Notes under the pieces: model-generated
The model's database searches: none
What the model was told of the DNA's origin: nothing
What the model saw: the letters and a program-made list of their open reading frames with translations, nothing else
Translations under genes and position numbers: made by a program
In this document: piece after piece, positions 25,958 through 35,935 of the stretch
How the letters are laid out: each line of letters begins with the position of its first letter
Numbering within the stretch: position 1 is the stretch's first letter
Assembly: GCA_963801355.1 (NCBI GenBank)
Contig: CAWDEM010000008.1
Location: 288,001-352,000, forward strand
Source of the DNA: Ignavibacteriota bacterium
GTDB lineage: Bacteria; Bacteroidota; Ignavibacteria; UBA10030; UBA6906
Reading direction: 5' to 3'
DNA: 64,000 bases

Positions 25958-28808
25958 ATGACCATGAAACGACGCCTCCGCGCTGCGCCGCACGATCGAC
26001 TCATCTCGTTCTGCGTCCTTGCCTGCTTCATGGTTCTCATCGCCAGTCTCGGTGCAGGCGGCCACAGGACGCATCGCCGGGAAAGTGATCGACGCGAAAA
26101 CCGGTGAGGCCATGGTCGGAGCCCATGTGATGCTGGAGGGGACCGCTATCGGCGCGTCGACAGACATCGACGGGAAGTACACCATTCCCGGGGTGGCGCC
26201 GGGCTCTCATACGGTGGCCGTCTCGTATCTCGGGTACAAGAAAATTCCGTGCCGGTCCAGGTTACCCCCGACTCCACACTGCGACTCGACATCCGGCTCC
26301 AGCTCGACGTGGTACAATTCGACGAAGTCACGGTCACGGCACAGCTTGAGGGGCAGGTGCAGGCAATTAACCAGCAGTTGACGTCCAACACCATCGTGAA
26401 CGTCGTCTCCGGGACCGGATCAAGGAGTTGCCCGATCAAAACGCCGCCGAATCGATCGCGCGGCTCCCCGGGATCTCGATTCAACGGGATGCAGGTGAAG
26501 GGCAGAAGGTCGTCGTGCGTGGACTCTCTCCGAAGTTCAATTCCATCACGCTCAACGGCGTGCGGATTCCGTCCACCGATGCGGCCGACCGCTCGGTTGA
26601 CCTCAGCATGATTTCCTCAGATATGCTCTCCGGCATCGAGGTGTTCAAGGCTCTGACACCGGACAAGGATGGAGATGCCGTCGGCGGTTCGGTCAACCTC
26701 GTGTTGAAGCGCGCACCAACGGGTCTCAGGGGAGATTTTCGCGGGCAGACCGGTTATAATCATCAACGCAAGGAGTACGGCCAGTACAGAGGCGGACTCA
26801 GTCTCAGCGACCGGTTTTTCGAAGACCAGCTGGGCGTGCTCGTGACGGCGAGCCTGCAACGCGCGAACCGGGGTTCCGACCGTCTGTCCGCGGACTACGT
26901 GTTCAAACGAGAAGCGGCGGGAGCGGAAACGCGCAGCATCATTCAGATCGAAAACCTGAACCTGGCGTACCGCTCGGAGATCCGGGACCGGTACGGAGCC
27001 GGAGCGACGCTCGACTACACCGTGGGCAACACCGATCTGTTCCTCAGTTCCTTTCTCAGCAAGACCGACCGGGATCAGGTGACGCGCCGGAAGCGCTACC
27101 AGGTGGGGTCCTTCTGGACCGAGTATGACCTGACCGACCGGCAGCAAAGCACACGGCTTTTCACCACCTCCCTGAGAGGGGAGCACAAGTTCGATTTTGC
27201 GGACATCGACTGGCAGGCGGCCTATTCGAACAGCTTGCAGGATGTGCCGTATTCCCACTACGGCAGATTCCGCGAAGTCGGCGCCTACAATGACGGGCTG
27301 ATTGACGACCAGGGGCCGCAGGTGATCCCCCAGTTCGCCAGGAATGACCTGGCCTCGACCTGGTTTCTGTATGCGACGTTCAATCCGCAGAGAGTCGTCG
27401 ACCAGGAGCGGGACATCCAACTCAACACCACGATCCCGTTCCGTTTCGGTGAAGACATTGCAGGGACGGTGAAGGTGGGCGGAAAATACCGGGGGAAAGA
27501 CCGGACCCGCAATGTCACGGAATTCATGACCCCCTTCGCGGAGATTGACCGTATAGGTCAGGCGAACCCCGATAAATTCACCCTGTACCGGGCAAAGAAC
27601 GTCCTGATCGAGAACTTCGCCGATCCGAATTTTCATGCCGACAATTTCATGGGCGATCAGTATGAGATGCCCTTCGGGCTTGACCGGGATCGGCTGGAAC
27701 AGCTTCTATGCCAACGTACATGAGCCACTATGGACTCAACCGGTACGTCGAGCTCGATGACTACGATGCCGGAGAAAAGGTCTCCGCCGGATATCTGATG
27801 AGGGACAAACATCGGGGAGCAGCTGACCATCCTTCCGGGCCTCCGTGTTGAACACACCGCGACGTCGTACAGGGGGAAATTCGGATTCCTGCAGGGGAAT
27901 CTCGGAGAAGTCGGCGCCATACGTGATACGACGGGCGGCCGGTCTTACGATGAAGTGCTCCCCATGATGCATCTTCGCTACCGGTTCACACCCTGGTTCG
28001 ACGTGCGACTTGCCTACACCCGGAGCCTGTCCCGTCCGGACTATTTCAACCTCGTGCCGTACGAGCGGATCGTCTTTGCCGAGCAGACGATTGCACGCGG
28101 CAACCCGAACCTGAGGCAGACGAAGGCAACGAATTACGATGTGTATGTCTCCTTCTACAGCAACGACCTGGGTCTGCTCACGCTGGGCGGATACTACAAG
28201 AAGCTCCGGGATATCGACTATATCAGGCAGACGCGGATCCAGGGTGGACAGTTCAACGCGTACGAGTTGACGGAACCGGTGAACGGCGACGAATCGAACG
28301 TGTGGGGAATCGAGGTCGAGGTGCAGACCAACCTCCGCAATCTCCCCAGCCCGTTCGACGGATTCGTCATCAACGCCAACTACTCCTACATACACTCCGA
28401 AACATTCTTTCCATACTTCGAAATCGGACCGCGAAGTCCGACCCGCCGTATACGCCCGTCATCATCAACACGTTCCGGAAAGGAACTCTGCCCGGTCAGG
28501 CGGAGCACATCGGGAATGTCTCTCTGGGATATGAAAAAGGAGGATTCTCCGGACGCATCTCCATGACCTATCAGGGGAAAGCTCTTCAACTGGTGGGTGC
28601 ACGGAGTGAGCTGGATGGCTACACGGAGGCGTTGGTGCGCTGGGATGCGACACTCTCACACAAGATCTCGTCTCTGTTCAGCGTGTTCTTGGATATCAAC
28701 AACATCACGAACCAGCCGGACCAGGCATTCATCGGTGAAGCGATCTACGCGACGAACCAGGAGTACTTCGGATGGACTGCCGACCTCGGTGTGCGGGTGA
28801 CATTCTAA
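25958..28808 (+). CDS. TonB-dependent receptor (non-SusC type, carboxypeptidase-like N-domain); several frameshifts
   Basis: GRIAGKVIDAKTGE..GASTDIDG; LPDQNAAESIARLPGISIQRDAGEG; VFKALTPDKDGDAVGG; RPDY..RGNPNL; C-terminal LGVRVTF. Confidence 0.88.
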
Positions 28809-28875
28809 GCAGGCTCTCAGGGCAATTGGCAGCTTCACTGTTCCATTACGTTCACCAACCATGGAGGATTGCACT

Positions 28876-30416
28876 ATGAAACAACGGTTCACTCTTGGGC
28901 GGGGGGGATTGGTTCTGTGCGTGGCGTTTCTCGTCGTCGTCATGGCGTGCGGAACAGCACGGGCCCAACGGACCGTGAACATCCCCCCGGGTTTCGGAAC
29001 ACTCAACAGCACGATCATGGGGGACACACTGGCCACCGGAGCCCGCGTTGACAGCAGTACGGTGTACCGCCTAGTCCGGGGCGGTCTCTACATTCTGAAC
29101 GGCACGATGGATCACCGCTATCCGGTTACCTCGAGGCGGCACCGGGTGCCGGCGCCAAGCCGAAAATCATCCAGGGCGTTCCTTCGGGCGGCACCGCGCC
29201 GACCGAGGCATGGGCAGCCCGCGCTACCTGAGCATGAAGAACATCTACATGACCGCCCTCGATGAACTCGGAGGAGGGCACGAGAGGGTCATCCGCATCC
29301 GTGAGAACAACATCCGTCTCGTCCTGGACTCGTGCATTCTGGATCAGGCGACCCAGGCGGGTTTCAGGTTTGACGCGACGGGCGCGAGGGTGTTCTTCTA
29401 CAACTCGATCATCAGCAATATCGGCACCGCTGACAGTCCGAACAACGGACGTGGTTTCGATGACCGCGGCAACGACATCGACACCCTGTGGATGGAGAAC
29501 AGCACCTTCTACAACCTGACCAGCCGCGTCATCCGCGATGCCGGCGGCATAACAAAATCCTGCAAGATGAACCATTGCACCATGTACAACATCGGTCAGT
29601 GGGGTGTGACGTTCGGACCGTGCGTTGAGGCGATCTACACGAACAACCTCGCCGTCAACGGCGGGTACTACGGCGCGAACCCGCGCGGGATTGACCTCAC
29701 GGGCGGTGAACAGCAGATCCAGGTTCGGCTGTCTGTTCTGCCGCCTGCAAGCGGCACGCAGACGGCGCAGATCACCAACAACGGTTTCTACCTGGATTCA
29801 CTTGTGATCAAGGCCTTTCCCGATACGATCAAACCGGAAGTGTATTTTGACTCGTTATGGACGGCGTATATGACCACCCAGGGGACAGGCGCGACAGTCT
29901 ACACCGAAAAGATCACCTTCCAGCATGCCCCTGAGGCACCCGCCAATGTTGTGACGGATTGGTATGCGAATCCTGCACCACCGAATCCGGGGCTTGACAC
30001 CGTTGGTGTTTTCGACTTCAGGTACGCCAACACCCACCTTGCGTACACGCGGGGGGCTGATGGCAAGCCGCTGGGCGACCTCACGTGGCAGGGGATCCCC
30101 CTCACGGGAGTCGAAGATCTCGGGACACCAATCCCGGCCGCCTTCCAACTCTATGAGAACTATCCCAACCCCTTCAATCCGGAGACCAACATCAGGTTTG
30201 ATCTCCAGGGAGGGCGGCAATGTCGTTCTGGAGGTCTTCAATGCACTCGGCCAGAAAGTGGCGACGCTCCTCAACGAGACAATCCCGGCAGGCAGCTACA
30301 ACGTCCGTTGGAACGCCACGAGCGATGACGGCAGCCGTGTGTCCAGCGGCGTCTACCTCTATCGCCTCTCCGCAAACGGTTTTGTGGACGTGAAGAAGAT
30401 GGCCTTCGTGAGGTGA
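28876..30416 (+). CDS. Secreted beta-helix-like protein with C-terminal sorting domain; frameshifts near 29130-29210 and 30210
   Basis: SD GGAGG, signal peptide; Asn-rich ENSTFYN/NHCTMYN/TNNL repeats; DGKPLGDLTW; ENYPNPFNPETNI..VFNALGQKVATL..SSGVYLYRL..KKM. Confidence 0.82.
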
Positions 30417-30507
30417 GGCAACGCAGGCAGTTCGCAATGAACAGGTGGCAGGCGGATAGTCGAACCGTTGGCTGTTCCGCCTGCTACTTGCTGCCTGCAA
30501 TTGCCTC
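30415..30507 (+). other. Large intergenic RNA secondary structure (multi-stem hairpin)
   Basis: GAGGCAA/TTGCCTC and GCAGGCAG/CTGCCTGC outer stems enclosing CAGGTGGCAGGCGGA..TCCGCCTGCTACTTG; no U-tract. Confidence 0.65.
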
Positions 30508-30695
30508 CTGAAGCTGCCGAGTCCACAGAGCACGGGGGCCGGGTCCAACACCCTTTCAGTGTTCTCCCCGGGTGAATCGGAATTGAACACTGGACCTGAT
30601 CTCTGCATCAGTAGTCCCAACGACAGAACGAATGGACTTTCACCGATGACCATGCCACGCCGGTACACGCAATCCTGGAAGCAGGTGTTTGCCGC

Positions 30696-32183
30696 ATGAA
30701 TTTCGGGACGATTGACTGGGTGCTGACGATAGTGTATCTCGTCGGGACCGTGACGGTCGGCATCTGGGCCAAGCGATATGTCGAGAACCTGGCCGGCTAC
30801 ATGGTTGCCGGCAGGAGAGTGAGAACATCGCTGGGCATCGCTACCTTCGTGGCCACTGAGCTGGGGACTGTCACGTTCGTGTACTACGGAGAGCTCGGGT
30901 ATGTGGCTGGCTTCTCGGGTTTTATTATCGGCATCATGGCGATGATCGCCTACATGCTTATTGGACGCAGCGGCTTCGTCATCGAAAAGCTGCGCCGTCT
31001 CCGCGTCATGACCATCCCCGAGTTCTACGAACTTCGCTACTCGCGTAATGTTCGCCTCATCGGAGGAGTTATCCTCTTCCTGGGTGGTGTGCTGAACATG
31101 GGGATATTCCTGAAGTTTGACGGCATCTTCCTCTCTGAAGTCATGGGGTTCGGGTCCGGGGCACTGGCCATCATCATGACAGTGATGATCGTCGTCGTCA
31201 TCGCCTACACGATTCTTGGTGGGATGTTCTCCATTGTGGTCACGGATTTTGTACAATTCGTGATCCTTACGTTCGGGATGCTCGTCGCGACCATCGCGGT
31301 ATTGGTAAACGTCGACCTGACGAGCATGAGTGCCGCCGTGGCGAACACGCTGGGGAGCGCAGGGGTTGACCCATTCACGAACCCGCGCTTCGGCTGGAAT
31401 TTTGTCATCTGGATTTTCGTCGCAAGCTCTGCGGCCGGTGCGTTGTGGCAACCCGGGACTTCAAAGGCGCTTTCCTCCGAGAGTCCGGCTGTAGCGAAGA
31501 AGATGTTCTTCTGGACCGGATTGACGTTTGCCGGGCGGGCTATGATCCCGATGTTCTGGGGTATCGCGGCCCTTGCGTATTTTGGCGCGGGTCTGCCGAG
31601 TGCGGCAGCGATGCCAAAGCTGTTGGGCGCGATTGTGCCCCCCGGCTTTCTCGGGCTGCTCGTTGCCGGAATGCTCGCCGCATCGATGTCCACCTACAGT
31701 GCCTACCTGCTCGCCTGGAGCTCTGTGCTCGCCCGCGATGTGATTGCCTGCGCCAGGCCGAAGGACTTCCCTGAGAAGACGACCGTCACGATCACACGTG
31801 TCGTTGCTGGCGTGATCGGTGTGTTCCTTCTCGTGTTCGGTCTCTGGTATCAAATTCCGGACACGGCATTCCAATACCTGTATGTGACGGGTGCCATGTA
31901 CACGTCCGGTGCAATGGGGTGTGTCGTGGCGGGGATGTACTGGCCCCGGGCGAACAAAGTGGGCGCATATGCATCGCTCGTTATGGGCGCTCTTGCACCG
32001 GCAGGATTTCTCCTGCTGGAGAAATCACGCGATGTCCTGCCGTCATGGTTGGTGTTCATCAGCGATGTGAACATCGCGGGCATGCTGAGTTTCATTTTGG
32101 CGGCGCTAGGCATGATTGTGGGTTCTCTTGTCACGCAACACACCTCACCCCCCAAACAGCTGCAACAGGTGGAGGAATCATGA
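30696..32183 (+). CDS. Sodium:solute symporter family protein
   Basis: YMVAGR, TIPEFYELRY, LGGMFSIVVTDFVQ, GLLVAGMLAASMST; many TM segments. Confidence 0.92.
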   Translation: MNFGTIDWVLTIVYLVGTVTVGIWAKRYVENLAGYMVAGRRVRTSLGIATFVATELGTVTFVYYGELGYVAGFSGFIIGIMAMIAYMLIGRSGFVIEKLRRLRVMTIPEFYELRYSRNVRLIGGVILFLGGVLNMGIFLKFDGIFLSEVMGFGSGALAIIMTVMIVVVIAYTILGGMFSIVVTDFVQFVILTFGMLVATIAVLVNVDLTSMSAAVANTLGSAGVDPFTNPRFGWNFVIWIFVASSAAGALWQPGTSKALSSESPAVAKKMFFWTGLTFAGRAMIPMFWGIAALAYFGAGLPSAAAMPKLLGAIVPPGFLGLLVAGMLAASMSTYSAYLLAWSSVLARDVIACARPKDFPEKTTVTITRVVAGVIGVFLLVFGLWYQIPDTAFQYLYVTGAMYTSGAMGCVVAGMYWPRANKVGAYASLVMGALAPAGFLLLEKSRDVLPSWLVFISDVNIAGMLSFILAALGMIVGSLVTQHTSPPKQLQQVEES

Positions 32184-32326
32184 CGGACGGTGCGCTCTTC
32201 TGGTTGGTCGTCCTCGCAGTGGCTGCGCTTCTCTTCTTCGGCATCGCTCTGGTCGTGTCGATCCGCGGTGTCGGCGACCTGCGTGATCTCCTCAGCCGCT
32301 CCTCGCGCCGGGGAGACAACGAATGA
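32180..32326 (+). CDS. 48-aa single-TM protein, putative SSS accessory subunit
   Basis: MTDGALFWLVVLAVAALLFFGIALVVSIRGVGDLRDLL..; SD GGAGG; ATGA overlaps with both flanking genes. Confidence 0.7.
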   Translation: MTDGALFWLVVLAVAALLFFGIALVVSIRGVGDLRDLLSRSSRRGDNE

Positions 32327-34017
32327 TCCTGGGGCTCGCAACAATCGATTTTGCAGTGATCATCCTCTATCTCGTCGGCATCACGTACATCGGCTTCCGT
32401 TCCTCCCGGTCCGTGAAAAGCTCGGGCGATTTCTTCATGGGCGGCCGGCGCTTTGGCAAGCTCTCGATGATAGCGAAGGCCTTCGGAGTGGGGACGCGGG
32501 TGGATCATGTCGTCGCGGTCACCGGGGCCTCGTATGAGGTCGGCATGTCCGGCGTGTGGTATCAGTGGCTTTACATTTTCAGTACACCTTTCTTCTGGAT
32601 TATCGCGCCAATCTACCGGCGGCTCCGCTATGTGACCACGGGAGACTTCTTTGAGGAACGGTACGGGACGTCTGCGGCGGCGGCCTATACCTTCGGGGCG
32701 TTGCTGTTTCTGGCGGTCGAGATCGGCATGATGCTCCGCGGCACGGCGACCACAGTCGAAGCGCTCACGCAGGGTGCATTGAGTGCGGATGTGATGATAC
32801 TCGTTGCTACGCTCGCCTTCATCGGCTACAGCAGCGTTGGCGGACTTGTTGCCGCCGTGTCCACCAAGGTCCTCCAGAGTTTTCTGATCCTCGTACTCTC
32901 GCTCCTGCTGGTGCCGTTTGCGCTCTCTCGCGTCGGTGGGTTCGAACAATTGCACCGCACGCTGCCTACGGCCATGTTCGACCTGTTTTCCTCCCTGGAA
33001 GTGAGGCCATTCTTCATCCTGATGGTAACCATTAACGGACTGGTCGGCGTCATCGCCATGCCCCACCACATGTCTATCGGAGGAGCTGGAAAGTCAGAGA
33101 ACGAGCTGCAGGACCGGGTGGACGTACGGTAACGTTGTGAAGCGATTCGCAACCCTGGCCTGGGCATTTACCGGGGTCATTGGCGCCGCGCTGTTTCCGA
33201 CACTGGTGGTAGGCGGTCACCGCGAACAGGCCCTCGGAATGCTCATTTTGAATCTCCTTCCCGCCGGTCTGGTGGGACTCATGATCGCGGCGATGCTGGC
33301 TTCCCTCATGGCCGTGTGCGATGCGTACATGATTGACGGCGCTGCCCTCTATACGCGCAACGTGTACAGGAAACTCGCCCGGGCGGCAGCTGACGATCAG
33401 AAGGTCTTGCGGGTCGGGAGGATCTCCTCTATCGCCGTGGCTGTGGCGGGCGTCGGATTCGCGTTCCTCCTCTCGGACGTGGTGACCGGCCTGACAATCA
33501 TCTGGAAAATTACCGCGTTTCTCGGCATTCCTTTCTGGATAGCGGTTTTCTGGCAACGGGGCAACCGCTACGGTCTCTGGGCCTCGCTGGCCGCCACGAC
33601 GGCGGTGCATTCGGAACGCAAACCCTCGGGTGGAACCTGGCGGACCAGATTGCCGCGTACCTGCCGGCAGGCATAATCGTGTTTGTGCTGGTGAGCCTAC
33701 TGACTCCTCCGGAGCCGGAAGAAAAGCTGAAGGCATTCTATCTGTTGCTGCACACTCCGGTGGGAGAGGAGGCCCGGCTTGCGGAAGCCGGTGTGCAGCC
33801 CGTGCTGCAGGGGCAATCGGAGGCGTCGCCTTCGGCGGAATCGGGCGTTCCCCTTGAACAACAGGGCCACAGTCTGCTCCTGGTAGATCTGCTCTCACTC
33901 GTCCGCACGTTTTCCTTCAAACGCTATCGGGTTGACATCGTCGGGTTCCTCGCGGCGACAATATTGATACTCGCGATCATTGGCAGCGGTATACTGCTTG
34001 CTCGCATTGGGACTTGA
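32323..34017 (+). CDS. Second sodium:solute symporter; frameshifts near 33110 and 33610
   Basis: DFFMGGRRFGK, TTGDFFEERYG, GLVGLMIAAMLASLM, LVSLLTPPEPEEKL across three frames. Confidence 0.85.
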
Positions 34018-34034
34018 ATCTCCGGAGTGGCACC

Positions 34035-35915
34035 ATGCTCTTCCCCCAACAGAATGCATATCGTACCATCCTCGACCTGAGCGGGTACTGGAACTTCAGG
34101 CCTGATCCAGACGACGCCGGCAAGAACGACTCGTGGTTCTCGAAGGGTCTGCCGGAAGAGACCTCGTTGATTGCCGTCCCCGGTGCCTGGAACGAACAGC
34201 TCGCAGAGAGGGGCCTGAAGAACTTCGTCGGCTGCGGATGGTACGAGACATCTTTTATGTCGCCCCGGTTTGACAAAGCGGCGAATCGGCTCCTGCTGCG
34301 GATGGGCGCTGCAGATCACCGTGCCTCGGTCTGGTTGAACGGAACACCGTGCGGCTCCCACGAAGGCGGGTACCTGCCGTTCGAAGTGGATCTCACCGAA
34401 ACGCTGCGCGCGGAGGGGGCCTCCAACCGTCTGGTGATCTGTGTCGACAGCCGGCTGACCATGGAGACAATCCCGCAGGGAATCGATCCCGACGCAGCTC
34501 CTTACAACGGTGCAGGGTACGATCGACGTCACCTGTTTCCTCCGACGCGGTTTGACTTTTTTCCGTACGGCGGTCTCACGCGTCCGGTGCAGCTTCTTCT
34601 TGTGCCGGCCACCCGGGTCACATCTATTGCCGTGCAGAGTTCTTTAGCCGGGAGAGTGCATCTTACCGTCGGCGCAACAGGGGCAGGTGCCGTCGGATCA
34701 TTGGAAGTCCATGACGGGGACACGGTGTGCGTGGCACGGTCCGTCGACCTCGCCTTCGAGCACGGCAAGGCAGACTGCATTGTCGACATTCCCAATCCCC
34801 TGCTCTGGTCTCCTTCGACACCACACTTGTACTCGGCCGTGATACATCTCTGGGATTCTTCGGGGGAGGAGGTCGACAGGTACGCCCAGCCGTTCGGCAT
34901 TCGCGAGGTCGCGATCAAGGATGGCACGTTGCTCCTGAACGGGGAGCCGGTCTATCTTGCGGGTTTTGGCAAGCACGAGGATTTCCCGATCGTGGGACGC
35001 GGCCAGTTCCGCCCGGCGTATGTCCGCGATTTCGAACTGATGCGGTGGGTTGGGGCGAATTCGTTCCGGACGAGCCACTATCCGTACGACGAGGAAGTCC
35101 TGGACCTGGCCGACCGGCTGGGATTTCTGGTGATCGACGAAGTTGCAGCGGTCAGCCTGGGATTCCCGTCCGACCGGTTCGAGGATCTGCCCGCATTACT
35201 GGATGTTCACCGCCGGACGCTCACGGACCTCATCGAACGGGACGGGAATCATCCCAGTGTCATTGCCTGGTCGCCCATGAATGAGCCGAACCTCTGGAGC
35301 GAGCCGCACTACCAGAACGACGCAAGCCGCCGCTATTTCCGTTCCGTCTTTGACCATGTGCGCAGTCTCGATCCCACGCGCCCCACCATCGCAATCACGA
35401 TGGGGGTATATTCGGCGGAGGACGTCGCACTCGAGGCCTCGGACATGATTGGGATCAACAGGTATTTCGGCTGGTACACCGAGCCGGGGGAGTTGGGGAG
35501 GGCACGAGCGTCGCTGGAAAAGGAGATGGACGCGATCCACGCGAGGTACGGACGTCCGGTGATGATCACCGAGTGCGGCGTGGACACGCTGGAGGGATAT
35601 CACGCGACCACGGCGCAGATGTTCACGGAGGAATATCAGATCGAATTTCTGCGGACGTACGCATCGGTGGCCGACCGGAAGCCATTCTGCGCCGGATTTC
35701 ACGTCTGGAACTTTGCGGACTTCCTGACGCCGCAGCATTACCGGCGAGTGGTTCTCAACAAGAAAGGTGTATTTACGCGCGAACGGAATCCGAAAGGTGC
35801 AGCATTTTTCCTGCGGGAGCACTGGAGATCTCTGACCCGCATTAGGGCGAACCACCGGCCAAAGGGTCAGAGCGGATCGTTTCTCGTCGAGGATGTGAAG
35901 GCCAGCGGTAAGTAA
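34035..35915 (+). CDS. uidA: Beta-glucuronidase (GH2)
   Basis: LSGYWNF, VPGAWNE, HEGGYLPFE, FDFFPYGG, GFGKHED, NSFRTSHYPY, NEP acid/base, TECG nucleophile, NKKG uronate motif. Confidence 0.92.
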   Translation: MLFPQQNAYRTILDLSGYWNFRPDPDDAGKNDSWFSKGLPEETSLIAVPGAWNEQLAERGLKNFVGCGWYETSFMSPRFDKAANRLLLRMGAADHRASVWLNGTPCGSHEGGYLPFEVDLTETLRAEGASNRLVICVDSRLTMETIPQGIDPDAAPYNGAGYDRRHLFPPTRFDFFPYGGLTRPVQLLLVPATRVTSIAVQSSLAGRVHLTVGATGAGAVGSLEVHDGDTVCVARSVDLAFEHGKADCIVDIPNPLLWSPSTPHLYSAVIHLWDSSGEEVDRYAQPFGIREVAIKDGTLLLNGEPVYLAGFGKHEDFPIVGRGQFRPAYVRDFELMRWVGANSFRTSHYPYDEEVLDLADRLGFLVIDEVAAVSLGFPSDRFEDLPALLDVHRRTLTDLIERDGNHPSVIAWSPMNEPNLWSEPHYQNDASRRYFRSVFDHVRSLDPTRPTIAITMGVYSAEDVALEASDMIGINRYFGWYTEPGELGRARASLEKEMDAIHARYGRPVMITECGVDTLEGYHATTAQMFTEEYQIEFLRTYASVADRKPFCAGFHVWNFADFLTPQHYRRVVLNKKGVFTRERNPKGAAFFLREHWRSLTRIRANHRPKGQSGSFLVEDVKASGK

Positions 35916-35935
35916 TCACAACGGATACATCGACA

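Noticed and set aside
27700-27810. Stop-codon readthrough or programmed frameshifting in the TonB receptor
   Set aside because: Breaks are resolved by small indels, and similar breaks occur in many unrelated genes; sequencing error is simpler
19096-31451. Long antisense ORFs (19096-20082, 23043-24323, 26617-27636, 30192-31451)
   Set aside because: Shadow frames of well-supported genes in GC-rich DNA, with no recognisable motifs
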